A stretch of DNA of 64,000 nt from positions 124,001 through 188,000 of the forward strand of contig OZ218954.1 of NCBI GenBank assembly GCA_965112735.1, in the 5' to 3' direction. A program made the position numbers and the translations under genes. Shown piece by piece: positions 37,166 to 50,110 of the stretch (position 1 is the first letter of the stretch; the number at the start of each line of letters is the position of its first letter). This DNA comes from Phaeosaccion multiseriatum (Eukaryota; Protista; Ochrophyta, other classes). Under the pieces are notes generated by a model that worked only from the letters and a program-made list of their open reading frames with translations, was not told where the DNA came from and made no database searches.

Positions 37166-38085
37166 ATGTCCGAGAAGCCAGCGCCCGCACCACCGCCACC
37201 GCCACCGCCAGCACCAGCAGGAGGAGCAGGCGGAGGATGGGGGGTGAGACTAGAGGCAGAGGCACTACGCGCCGCAGGGGAGGGAAACGAGAGCGAGGTG
37301 AGGCGCGTCCTGCAGCAGTCAGGAGCCTCATTTCTCGGGCCAGGGCCACCCTCGTCTCTTCTTCCTCCCCATCCGGGGGAGGGAGGAGGAGGAGGAGGAG
37401 GAGGAGGAGGAGGAGAGATGGCAGTAACATCAGGGGGGGTGGCAGAGGATGGAGAGGGCGATGGAGGGGGCGGTAGTGGGCGCCCCGTGGACACGGTTAG
37501 GAGCCCTGAGGGGTGGACACTTCTCGCGCAGGCGGTGCGAACCTCCTCCGTGGGCCTCGTCACCATGCTGCTGGAGGTGAGTGAGTGAAGCTCTGTCCAT
37601 ATCTCTGCCTATGTCTCTTGTCTCTGTCTCTACTGTAGGGGTGTCAGAAAGAGGTGTACCAAGAGGTATACAGTTACCTGAAACTCAAACCCCTCCCTCC
37701 CTCCCTCCCTCCCTCCCCCTATCTACTGCCATCCCTCCTCAGGACTACGGCGCTTCCCTGGAGTGCCTGGACAAGAAGGGCTACTCCTTGCTACACCACG
37801 CCGCTGACAAGGCGGGGACAGACGTGCTGTTGCTGCTGCTGGGCCTGTTGGTGGTACAACAGGCGCCCGCGCAGGGGCAGGAGAGGGAGGGAGGGGGGGA
37901 TGGCAACAAAAGCAGCAAGAACGAAAGCTGTGGCGCTGCTCTCAAGCTGAAACTTACAATTGACAACGGCTCTCTGCCTGGGGTGAACTCAAGGGACAAG
38001 CAACTGTTTACGCCGCTGCACTTGGCGTGTGTGAGAGGGGATCGGCACTCTATCCAGGCCCTCATTCGCCACGGGGCTGATCTGG

Positions 38086-38121
<36 letters not shown>

Positions 38122-41100
38122 TGGAAGGACGGAGGAGGGTGGATGGCAGTGGAGGGCGGGAGAGAGACGTAGAGAGGCACACACACACACACACACAGAG
38201 AGAGAGAAAGACAGACAGACAGACAGGCAGACACACACACAGAGAGAGAGAGAAAGAGCAGAGAGTACGAGAAGAGTCCCACCACTATTACTTCCCACTC
38301 ATCCACTGCCATCCCCCCCTCCCCATCCACTGCCATCCCCCTGTACCCACCCAGGACGCCGTCAACGACAAGGGCTCCACCCCCCTCCACTGGGCCTGCT
38401 CCAGGTATGTATCGTTGACTTATTAGGTATATATCGTTGACTTGTTACTCACGGACAACATAGACCATGCATGTGGTCACTGACTTTTAACATGCACACA
38501 CACAGAGGGGGCACGTCGGCTCTGTGAAGCTCCTTATCGAATTTTATGTGTCGTGACTTACTGACTTACTGACTTACTACCTGACTACTGTCTATACTTC
38601 ACTGACTTGAAAAAAACCAATGCCGTTGACTTGAACCATCCTTTAACATCCCAACCACAGGGGGCACCTGGGGTGCGTGAAACTGCTGGTCGGTGTGTAC
38701 GGAGTGGATCCTTGCAGACCCGCCAACAACGGGGGCACTCCGCTGCATTGGGCGGCCTCCAAAGGTAGGATACAGGGGGGGTACAGCGAGGGAGAGAGGG
38801 AGGGAGGGAGCGAGGGAGAGAGGGAGGGAGGGAGAGAGGGAGAGAGGGAGAGAGGGAGAGAGGGAGAGAGGGAGAGGGAGAGCGGGAGGGAGGGAGGGAG
38901 GGAGGGAGGGAGGGAGGAAGAGAGAGAGAGGGTGAGAACGAGAGCAGAAGAGAGAGAGAGGGCGAGAATAAGAGCAGAAGAGAGAGAAGTTAAAGAGGGG
39001 ACAGAGCGAGAGCAAGAAAGAGAGATCGAGAGAGAGAGGAATCGAGGGAGAGCAGGAGAGAGAGAGAGAGGAAACAAAAGGGACAGCGATAAGAGACGGC
39101 GAGAGCACAAGTTAGACAAGAGAGGGGAGTCCGGCTGGTAACACACTGCCATTTGCTGCCATCCGCTGCCATCCACTGCCATCCATTGCCATCAGGACAC
39201 ACGGCAGTGGTGGACACTCTGGTGGGTACGTACTGTGCGGAGGTGGACAGCAGAGACGACAAAGGTGAGGAGTGACTACACGTTAGGGGTGTTTGCCTGT
39301 GCGTTAAGGTAGGGGTACTTGTCTGTACGTTAAGGACGTTTTGAGGCTGCCTACAGGTTTTGTGTGTGTGTGTGTATGTGTGTGTGTGCGTGTGTGTACG
39401 TGTGTGTGTGTGTGTGCGTGTGTGTATGTGTGTGTGTGCGTGGCCCACACCCATCCCCTCCCTCCCCACAACACACAACACAGGCTGCACTCCCCTCTTC
39501 ATGGCCTGCCTCAACGGCCACTCCGCAGGTAACGGTTGGGTTTATTGTAATGGTTGGGTTTAATGGGCAAGGAGCCTGTATTTGGCCCCTTTAACCCCTC
39601 GTTCACCCCGACACGGACCCGCGTTAACCCCTCTTAACCCCTCGTTAACCCTTTCGCTCACCCCGACACGTAGCCCGCGTTAACCCCTCGCTAACCCCCC
39701 TGAACTGATTCCTCCTCCTCAGTGGTGTCCCTGCTCGCCTCCCCGGCCTTCGGAGCTTCCTTCGCCCTCGACAAGAAGGGCATGAGCCCCCTGCATGCCG
39801 CTTGTGAAATGGGGCATGTGGTGCTCGCTCGCCAACTGTTGACAAGGCACAAGCCGCCAGGTGAGAGAAAACCCCTAGGGGAGGAAGACTTGTGTTTCAG
39901 ATTCAGTTTCAGTTTCAGTTTCAGGTTTAGTTTCAGTTTTAGTTTATTAGAGCCAACGCCATACCCGATATCGACTCCAACTAGGAATTAGGTGCTCGAT
40001 GTTATGATAAGGTCACATAAAAGCATGAAGTGAAAATTGACCGTACCAGGGGATAGCGTACGGGTCTTCCACTGCCATCCCCCCCCCCCGTCCATCCTCT
40101 CCACCTCCTCCCATCCCCTCCAGTGCCATCTCACCCCACTCCCATCCCCTGCCATCCCCTCCCATCCCCTGCCATCCCCTGCCATCCCCTGCCATCCCCT
40201 GCCATCCCCCGTCAGATGTGGACATAAACAAAGGGGATCGAAGGGGCTTCACCCCACTGGCCAGGGCCGTCCGAGCCAATCAGGTAAAAGGTTACGTAAT
40301 ACTTAGTATGTCTTACTTTGTCTTACGTAATACTTCGTAGTATTATGTAACCCCCTCGTATGTATGCCTCTACTGCACCCCCCACCCCCCCCTATGTCAA
40401 TGAATCAGGTGGAGGTGTTCTCTCTGCTGGTGGACGAATTCCGACCCGACGTGTTGTGCCGCACCTCCCGAGGCTCCTCCTTGCTGCACCTGGCGGCAGA
40501 GGGCGGGGCTGAGGATATTGCCAGCCGCTTGCTCGAGGATCAAGGGCTCGGGGAGGCAGCATCCATGGGCATCATCGACCATGGAGGGATGGCACCAAAC
40601 GGCAGTGGGGAGGGGATGGCAGCGGATGGTGGTCATGGTGGTGGTGGTGATGGCGATAAGGAGGGGACAGGAAGAAGCAGCAGCCCCTCCATGAGCATGA
40701 GTGGTCCATCCACTGCCATCTTCTCTGTGGAGGAGCGCAACGACGAGCTGGACACCCCCCTCCTTTGCGCCGCATCGAGGGGGAATGAGGACATGATTCA
40801 CTTCCTTGCTCAGGTGGGTATACATATTTGTATTACTACGTAGTATTATGTAAGAGGGAGGGGATTTTATGGACTTACTAGGAATCACCAAAGAAACTGA
40901 ACGTGTGTGTGTGTGTGTGGTGCTCAGGTGGACACGATGTGATTGATTCTATAACTGTAACTGTCTCTCGTGTTGGGTTTGAGAGAAGATTGCTATCAGG
41001 GCGGACCCCGTCTCCTCGGACTCATCCATCCATTAACACCTCCAGTACCACCCGTTACCCCCCACCAACACCCCCCCCCTTAACACCCGTTACCCCCCAC

Positions 41101-41373
41101 TAACACGCCCGTTAACACACCCGTTACCCCCCACCAACACCCCCCCGTTAACACACCCGTTACCCCCCGTTATCCTCAGGTGCACGACGCAGACACTCAC
41201 GTGGTGGACAAGGAGGGCCGCAGCGCAGTGCACAGGGCGGTGGCAGGGCGCAGCTTGGCGTGTGTGCGTGCGCTCGTCACACAGTACAAGGTGGGCAGGG
41301 GGGTATGGGGGTGTGGGGGCAGGGGGGTAGGGGGGTAGGGGGGTAAGGGGCCGATGTGAAGGTCGATACTACG

Positions 41374-41408
<35 letters not shown>

Positions 41409-41523
41409 CCGTCCCCTGCCTCTTTGCATGCTCTCTCATCCTCCCTCCCTCCCTCCCTCCCTCTCTCTCTCTCTCTCATCCTCCCTCCCTCCCCTCCCTC
41501 CCTCCCTCCCTCCCTCCCTCCCT

Positions 41524-41562
<39 letters not shown>

Positions 41563-42555
41563 TCTCTCTTAACCCCCACACACCCCCCCACACCCCCCCC
41601 CTGGTCGACTGCCATCGACTGCCATCCGCCCTTCTACCCATGTGCCTCTCAAAAACAACGCACACGCACACGGCCACAGGTGGATGCGGGGTGTCAGGAC
41701 AGCAGAGGCAGGACCCCTCTGCACACTGCGGCCACGACAGGCCAACTAGAAATGATCGAGCTCTTGGTGGAGGACTTGGGGGTGGGGGTTGATGTAGAGG
41801 ACAGCGTCGGTGAGTCACTGGGGTCGGCATAAGAGTCGATAAATTGAGTCGATATATTGAGTCGATATTTAGAGTCGATATATAGAGTCGATATATGGAG
41901 TCGACATGTAGAGTCGATGAGTCTCCCTTTGAACCCACTATCGACTCTATGCTTACCACTCCCTCCGTGTGTACCAACGCTGTACCTTCTCCATGTGCTG
42001 CCATCCATTGCAATTGCCCCTCTGCTGCCATCTCATCCCCCTTGTGCTCCCCTCCTACCCGTGTGCCCTTTCCATCGATGCCTGGTGTCAGGTGACCGTG
42101 CCCTGCACGTGGCCGCTGCCAACGGGCACTTACAGGCGGTGGAAGCCCTCGTGGAGAGGTACAAGGCCAGACCAAGCGACAGGTGCTGTACTGCCTGCCT
42201 CCCTCCCTCTGCCATCCACTGCCATCCACTGCCGCACCCAACACCCTTCTCCAACCCTCAGCCACTGTCCTGACACTCACCGTTCCCTGCCTGGACCCCC
42301 CATCCACTGCCATCCCATACATACCCCAACACAGAAACCTGAGTGGCAAGATAGCCCTTGACGTGGCTCTGACGCACGTGAGGCCCTCTGTTAGTGACTA
42401 CTTACGTAAGCATCGCACCCCGCAGGTATGTGCGTGTGTGCGTCTCTCCGTTAAGGGCGTTGGTTGTTAAGTGCCTTTACGTTAGGGGGAATTCATTCGA
42501 GCCTGTCTTGTCTTGTGAGTTGCCATCCCCAGGAGGTACATGCGCATACGTGAGT

Positions 42556-42613
<58 letters not shown>

Positions 42614-43993
42614 TAAGGGTGTTTTTGTGTCCGCTACCATCTGCTGCCATCTGCTGCCCTCTGCTTCCTTCCCTCTCTCTGTGCGTGACTGATTACGTAC
42701 GCACCTGACCCCTCCCTTACGTAAGCACCCCCCCCTTCCCCTCTTGCCCCTCAGGAGGAGGCCCAGGAGAGAGGCGCTAACACGGGCTTTCGCCGTGCGG
42801 GCGCGTGGGTAGGCCTGGGACAGGTGCGTGTGTGCGTGCGTGCGTGTGTGCGTGCGTGTGTGCGTGCGTGTGTGCGTGCGTGTGTGCGTGCGTGTGTGCG
42901 TGTGACTGATGCCTTCAACTTGAAGAAATTTGTTTTGAGAGACCATGACATGCCTCGGTTCCTCTTTTCTCTCAGAGTCCGCAGCAGTCCCTGAAAAACT
43001 GTCACTGCAAACTCCACTCCCCACACACACCCCTTCTCCCCACACACACCCCTTCTCCCCACACACACCTCACTACCCTCTCACCATCCCCTCCCTCCGC
43101 CCCTCCCTCCCTCCCTCCCTCCCTCCCTCCCTCCCTCCCTCCCTCCCTCCCTCCCTCCCTCCCTCCCTCCCTCCCTCCCTCCCTCCCTCCCTCCCTCCCT
43201 CCCTCCCTCCCTCCCTCCCTCCCTCCCTCCCTCCCTCCCTCCCTCCCTCCCTCCCTCCCTCCCTCCCTCCCTCCCTCCCTCCCTCCCTCCCTCCCTCCCT
43301 CCCTCCCTCCCTCCCTCCCTCCCTCTCTCCCTCTCTCCCTCCCTCCCTCCCTCCCTCCCTTCCTCCCTCCCTCCCTCCCTCCCTCCCTCCCTCCCTCCCT
43401 CCCTCCCTCCCTCCCTCCCTCCCTCCCTCCCTCCCTCCCTCCCTCCCTCCCTCCTCTCCCTCCCTCCCTCCCTCCCTCCCTCCCTCCCTCCTACGCAAAT
43501 GTACACTCAACTACCCTGCCACCAACTGCGTGTACCACCACCAACTGCTCACATCCACTGCCATCCCCCGACAGGAGGAGGGCAAGCTCGCTGATCTCTC
43601 TCTGGACAACGTGTGGCTCTTGCCCGTGGATACGCTTGTCCAGCAAGGGAAGTTCCCCAATCACTACGATTGTGTTCGGAAGAAGCTTCTCGTCAGGGCC
43701 AGCGACTCTGCGCCCAATGCCATGGTGAGTGGATGGCAGTGGATGGCAGTCGATGGCAGTAGATGGCAGTGGATGGCAGGGGATGACAGTGGATGGCAGG
43801 GGATGACAGGGGATGGCAGTGGATGACAGGGGATGGCAGTAGACGACAGTGGATGGCAGGGGATGGCAGGGGATGGTAGTGGATGGCAGTGGATGGCAGT
43901 GGATGGCAGTGGATGGCAGTGGATGGCAGTGGATAGGGGGGTGAAGATGGAACAGAGGCGACGCACTTTTTTTCTTCTCTCCTCTTCATCCCC

Positions 43994-44030
<37 letters not shown>

Positions 44031-46015
44031 ATTGCCTTATGGTGATGTATCTGGTGCCTGGTGTCAGGTGCTGATGGTGTCCCACCCCTGGGAATCCCCG
44101 GGGAACCCGGACCCCTCGGGGAGGCAATTCGCAGCGCTGAAGGAGTTCCTCATCATGCGGAAAGATGGCAGTGGACGGGGGGGAGGAGGAGGCGGGCAAG
44201 CTGACATTCAAACTGGGGCTCCTGGGGTAGGAAAGGAGGAGGAGAAGGGGAAGGAGAGAGAAGAAACAGGAGCACCATTAGCATCGGAAGTGATATGGGC
44301 AGCAGCGGAAGCAGAAGCAGAAGTAGGTGGTGGTGGTGGTGGTGGTGGTGGTGGAGGAGGAGGAGGAGGGAAGGAGCGGGGGGGAATGATAGTGGACGGG
44401 CAGCAGCAGTCATCGGGACCATCACAGTCGCAGGCGTATGGGCAGGATCAGTCCCCCCTCCTCCTGGACCGTCCCGTGGATTACGTATGGGTGATGTTCT
44501 CGTGCGTCACACGTGCCCGTATCAAGCCCGACTTCAAGAGGCACTTACGTAACTTGTTGACGGCCTGGTGTCGGGCCGACCAGTTGCTGTGCATCCCGAC
44601 CACGACAACCTCTCCGTTGGACGGCACACGCCACTCAGATCTCACCACTTCCCTCTTATCATCGGCCTCCGACGGCGGTGGGGGTGGCTCCGGTGGCGGC
44701 GGCTGTGGATGGTGAGTGGAGGAAGGTTATGTCGTGTTATGTAATGTTATGTACGGAGTGGGGTTGGGTGTGAGGGAGTGAGTGAGTGAGTGGGTGAGTG
44801 AGTGAGTGAGGGAGGGAGGGAGTGAGTGAGTGAGTGAGTGGGCGAGTGAGTGAGTGAGTGAGTGGGTGTGAGTGAGCGAGTGAGCGAGTGAGTGAGTGAG
44901 TGAGTGTGAGTGAGCGAGTGAGCGAGTGAGTGAGTGAGTGAGTGAGTGAGTGAGTGAGTGAGTGAGTGAGTGAGTGAGTGAGTGAGTGAGTGAGTGAGTG
45001 AGTGAGTGAGTGAGAGAGTGAAGAGAATCTGAGAGGGTGGTGGCCGGGGCTGTGGGTGCTGAGTGAGGGACGGAGTGTTGAGTAGGTGGGGGTTGGTCGG
45101 TCTGTTGAGAACGTGTTCACGTTTGGGGTCTGAAGAAACACATACCCAATCTGATGATGATGATGATGCCTTCCCTTCTCCCCCCCCCTCCCCCCTCCCT
45201 CCCTCCCTCCCTCCCTTCTTCCCTCCCTCCCTCCCTCCCTCCCTCCCTCCTTCCCTCCCTCCCTCTACCTCCCTCCCTCCCTCCCTCCCTCCCGTCTCAC
45301 TCCCTTTCGTGCCCCCCCCGATTGATTGCGCTGCTGTGTATCACCAACAGGTGTGCGGCGGAAGTGGTGTCAGGACTGCATCTCGGGCTTGACGTGTTTG
45401 TGTACGTTACACACGGGGGCTATGACCGACAGGTACATACGTACCTACAGGCACAATGACGCACGCACCCCTAACGTAGAGACACACGCATACCCCCCCC
45501 CCCTCACGCCTCACGAAGGGATTCAATCCCACCCCTTAGCTGAGCCAGTGGGCACCAGTACCCCTAACATTGGGACACATGCACTAATTTATTTTACCCC
45601 TTGCGTACGGGTGGACGCAATCTACCAAACAGGTTTCCGAGGGGTCGTACACATTGCCAGGCTCTTGTTGTTCAACCGAGGAGGCCCTTCAGCAGCAGCA
45701 AGAGGAGGGGGCGGAGGGGGGGGAGGAGGGTGGGGGGATGGCAGTGGATGGGAAGGGGGAGGGGGAGGGCTTCCGAATAGAGGAGGTGGCGGGCGGAATC
45801 GTGTTCGAGCACGTTTCTGTGAGCACGGCGGGGAGGGAGGGCGTCGGAAGGGCGTTACAGAATGCCGTCAAGAGCTCCATTGACATAATGCTGAGGGAGG
45901 ATCCGGAGGCGGGCAGCGAGGAGCGGGACCGACTTGCGGCGGACATTTGGGCACCGAACTCGGTAGGGGGGGAGAGGGACGACGCTTTGCAAGGTGAGGA
46001 GGGGGGAGGGAGAGG

Positions 46016-46048
<33 letters not shown>

Positions 46049-47978
46049 AGGGAGAAGGGGAGGAGGGGAGAGGGAGAGGGAGAGAGAGAGATGGAGAGGG
46101 AGGGAGAGGGAGAGAGAGAGATGGAAAGGGAGGGAGAGATGGAGAGGGAGAGAGAGAGAACAGAGAGAGACAGACAGGCAGAGAGAGAGTGAGAGAGAGA
46201 GAGTGAGAGAGAGAGAAAGAGCCTTTTGTGTGTGAGGGGACAGCTAAGGGATGAAGCACTTTGTCGGGGTGGAGGACACCACATTTACACACACACACGC
46301 ACACACACGCGCAGAAGCACACACATATACACACGCACACACCTACCCACCCACCCACACGCTCAAAAGACCCACACACATACACACACACAGGCATCAC
46401 ACACGTACACAAATACACACGCGCACAAACACACCTACCCCCCCCCCCCACAACACAAACGTACGTAATTACGTAATTTCACCTTCAGTGGTGAATCTTA
46501 CCTCTCTCACCACCCTATCCACTGCCATCCACTACCATCCACTGCCATCCTCACCCGTTGTTCGCCATTCCCTCCCATTCTCACCCTTCACACTACCCCC
46601 ATCCATCCACTGCCATCCTCCCTACCATCCATCCACTGCCATCCTCCCTCCCTCACAGGGCTCGTGGACGGTGTGGCCCTCACGCTAAAGACGCTGAATC
46701 GCTCCGTGCTGGCAGGGGAAAGTGGCGCCAGCGCAGTGATGGACCGTCTGCTCGGCCTTTCACTCACCAAGAGAGACATGGAGGGGGGTGGGGTCAAGGC
46801 CAAGGCAAAGGGTCGACAGGGGGAGGAGGAGGAGGAGGAGGAGAAGGAGGGGGGGGTGGGGCAGGGAGGGGCAGGAGGGTCTCCGAGTGGAGGTGGTGGG
46901 CAAGGAATGGCAGTGGATGGAGGAGGGATGGCAGCGGATGGAGGAGAGTCGTATCACCAGGCGCTGCGGGACTTGTTCGCGTCTCTGCAAGGCTTCTCCA
47001 GCGATCACGATAGGTACCGTGTGATGGGTTGTTACAAGTCGTCTTTTGTCGAATATCTGGTGTCTGTCTCTCTCTCTCTGTCTCCCTCTCTCTCTCTCTC
47101 TATCTCTCTGTCTCTCTCCACCCTCTCTCCCCTCCTTCCCCCATCTCTTTCTGTCCTTCTCTTACCCCTCACCCTCTCCTCTCTCCCTTCTCTTCCCCCC
47201 ACCTCTGCCTCCTCTCTCTCCTCCCTTCCCCTTTGTATCACCAATGGCCTTACATACATCACAACTGGCGCACAGGATTGAGGCCTTAGGGTGCCTTCTG
47301 CTCACAGGCGTGTACAGCACACGTCTCTTCCAACACCGGAGCTCGGGAGGGAGGAGGCTGAGCGCCCAGCTGGAGGAGGAGCAGTTGGTGATACAGGAGG
47401 AGGAGCAATTGGTCATACAGGAGGAGGAGGAGCGGGGAGTGGAGGGAGGGCCAGGGAACGGGGAGGAGGGGGAGGAGGAGGGCGAAGGAGCAGCAGCAAT
47501 AGCAGCAGGCCGTGGAGGAGGAGGAGGAGGAGGAGGAGGAGAGGGCAGCTCTGCGGCAGCAGTTGGTGATCCAACGACGATCACAGGGAGGGATTCCGAG
47601 TCGGCGGATGGCAAACCCCGGGGGGGCCATGGGCACGGCAGGCGGGGGAGTGAAACGCTCTTTGCCTCGTCACTTAAGAGGGAGGGCTCCCCACACTCCT
47701 CTTTAAAAGGTTCACAGATGGCAGTGCGAAATGGCGGGAGGGAGCAGCTGGCGATACAGCAGGAGAGCCACCTCGCCCACCCCCTCCTGGCCAAGCATGT
47801 TGGTGATACAGCAGCAGTTGCTGATACAGCAGTTGGTGATTCAATAGCAGAGGAGGAGGGGAGAGAAGTAGGAGGAGTTGGTGATACAGCAGTTGGTGAT
47901 ACAGCAGTTGGCGATGCAACACCAGGGGCAGAGGCGAGCAGCAACAAAAGCGGGATTCCGGGCTGCCACGCTTCGTAA
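37166..47978 (+). CDS. Large ankyrin repeat protein with a C-terminal HET/TIR-like domain, about 20 exons
   Basis: Canonical ANK motifs FTPLHLAC, GSTPLHWAC, GGTPLHWAAS, GMSPLHAAC, GRTPLHTAA and DRALHVAA. These are followed by VWLLPVDTL...VLMVSHPWESPGNPDPSGRQFAALKEFL...YVWVMFSC...GWCAAE. The 3' end is uncertain. Confidence 0.8.
43088..43490. repeat. (CCCT)n microsatellite, intronic
   Basis: About 400 bp of ccct repeats. Confidence 0.95.
43727..43935. repeat. Tandem array of the GGATGGCAGT decamer (about 20 units) directly after a donor site
   Basis: gtgagt followed by ggatggcagt/ggatggcagg/ggatgacagt units. Confidence 0.95.
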
Positions 47979-48612
47979 GTTTGAAGGTGCCTCTACGATA
48001 GGGGGCCGAATAGGGGAGGGTATAACTGCCGGAACTGCCCTCTTCGTACATCAGCAGGGAGGTCAGACCGGACAACAGAGGAGGGGGCGTGCCTAGTCTG
48101 AAAGAAAGCCTGTGTAAGGCAGTGAGAGAGCGGGGGATGGCAGTGGATGGAGAGGGGAGCATTCGACACTGAATCGGGATGGCAGCATACGACACCGCCG
48201 CGCCTTGTTCTTCTTTCCTATTGGGGAATATAGAGGAACAGTTCGAAGAATAAGAAGAGAGGGGAAAGAAGGAGAAGCGTACTTGCCGACGAGTGCTGAA
48301 CGACCGGAAGAAGGGATGGCAGTGGAAGGAGTAGAGAAGAAATATCCCCTGGCGAGTGGACCAGGGCAGAGCAACGTGAAGGGATGGGAGGGATGGCAGT
48401 GGATGTGGAGATGATGGGACGGCAGCTGACGGCAGCTGACCGGGGTACGGTGCGAGGGCCAATCAATCACAAAAAACCAACCAACCAACCAACCAAACAG
48501 TTTAAAAATGTACCCATCTCCATCTACTGCCATCGACCACGAGGAGAGCAGAGTATCCATCAGGAAATATATATCGATAAAACGCCAAATCCAGGTGTGT
48601 GTGCGCGCGCGC

Positions 48613-48662
<50 letters not shown>

Positions 48663-48952
48663 GTGCGTGCATACATGCCCCAATGGCTGTACAAGTGATC
48701 GGCAGTCGTATCTGTGATCGGCAGTCGCATCTTTGATCGGCAGTCGTCTCTGTCGCCTGTCGGCACCTTGTCCCTCCTGAGGCCGAACATGCTCCCCCAT
48801 ATGCTTCCGGCAGAGGGCTTGACGCCTCTTCAGAGTCCTCTCCGAGCACAGCACCAGCAGAAATCGCCCTGCACAGCAGTTGGTGATACAGCAGCCCTCC
48901 CTGCCGGTACCTGCTGCCCGCCTGCTTTGATGGCAGCCTACGCGCAGCCGCC

Positions 48953-50110
48953 TCATGACGTGCTGCACTCCGACGCCACATACGCATTTCCGGCGGCGAC
49001 GAGGCGTGCGACGGTTTCATGAAAGCCATGCTGTCGAGCCAGAGCGATGGCCTGGCCCGTCGACGCCCCTGATCTCTGCAGCTCCTGCATGACCTCCTCA
49101 TGCCCTCTTGCTCCCCCTCTATGCGCCGCCTCAAACAGCGGCGTTGTTGGCGGTTTGCCTCCTCTTTTGTTGACGTCTGCACCTGCAGAGATAAGTAGAC
49201 GGATCACCGCCACATGGCCGTTCGCAGCTGCTCGATGAAGACAGGAAGAGCCATCGGAAGTGGCCACGTCTGCCTCTGTGCCTGCCGATAGAAGGGCCTC
49301 CACCACTTGCGAGTGTCCTCGTAGCGAGGCAAGGTGGAGAGCAGAAGCGCGTAGTAGGGTACTATTGCCAAAAACCCTACGCGAAAGCAGAGCTCTGACA
49401 ACCGACGCGTGTCCCTTTACGGCAGCTATGTCTAACGCGGTAAAGCCGTCCCTGTCGGGGCTTTGGACATGAGCGGCGCCTGCAGTGAGAAGCTGTTGAG
49501 CAGTTTCGAGGTGTCCCTGTCCGCAGGACACGGCCACACATGCTACACTCCACTCACGAGTTGCTGCCCAAGCGTCTGCATGGAGTAACTGCTCCACTAC
49601 GCCCACATGGCCCTCCAGCGACGCGAAGTGGAGAGGTGTGAAGCCCCTGGTATTGGCCCGATCCACGTGAGCTCCAGCGGAAAGAAGCTCCATAACTGAG
49701 CGTTCGTGCCCTTGAATTGCGGCACGGTGCAGCGGCGTCCCGCCACTCGAGTCCACCGGGTCAACAGTAGCATGAGCCAAGATGAGGCGCCTTACTATCG
49801 CTTCATTGCCATTCATCGAGGCCGCGTGGAGCGGACTGGAGTTGTGCCGTCCACCAGCAGGCGTGTCCGGTGATGCTCCTTCTTCAAGTAGTATGGCAAT
49901 GGCGTCATACTTGTCGCACTTAGCGGCAAAGTACACAGGCGTATAGCCTTCTACGCAGACAGGTTGCTCCAGGCAGGCCATGTTCCCTCCTTGTTGATCT
50001 ATGATTGCTCTGACTGCGGCCCTGACCTTGTTGCGGTCCTGCTCATATTGGATGGCGTAGCGGAGACGACTAGTAGCCTGCCGGAGAAGCAAGGACGAAG
50101 GCGAAGGCAA
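48953..50110 (-). CDS. Ankyrin repeat protein; all repeats lie in one long exon
   Basis: 385-aa ORF with GYTPVYFAA, SSPLHAAS, GGTPLHRAA, GFTPLHFAS, GFTALDIAA, GSSCLHRAA and TTPLFEAA. The true start and a possible extra 3' exon are unresolved. Confidence 0.85.
   Translation of the reverse strand: MPSPSSLLLRQATSRLRYAIQYEQDRNKVRAAVRAIIDQQGGNMACLEQPVCVEGYTPVYFAAKCDKYDAIAILLEEGASPDTPAGGRHNSSPLHAASMNGNEAIVRRLILAHATVDPVDSSGGTPLHRAAIQGHERSVMELLSAGAHVDRANTRGFTPLHFASLEGHVGVVEQLLHADAWAATREWSVACVAVSCGQGHLETAQQLLTAGAAHVQSPDRDGFTALDIAAVKGHASVVRALLSRRVFGNSTLLRASALHLASLRGHSQVVEALLSAGTEADVATSDGSSCLHRAAANGHVAVIRLLISAGADVNKRGGKPPTTPLFEAAHRGGARGHEEVMQELQRSGASTGQAIALARQHGFHETVARLVAAGNAYVASECSTS

Noticed and set aside
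43727-43935. Vocabulary motifs as adapter/primer contamination or telomere repeats
   Set aside because: They sit in frame inside conserved coding motifs, vary locally, follow transcript orientation, and match no adapter or telomere unit I recognise.
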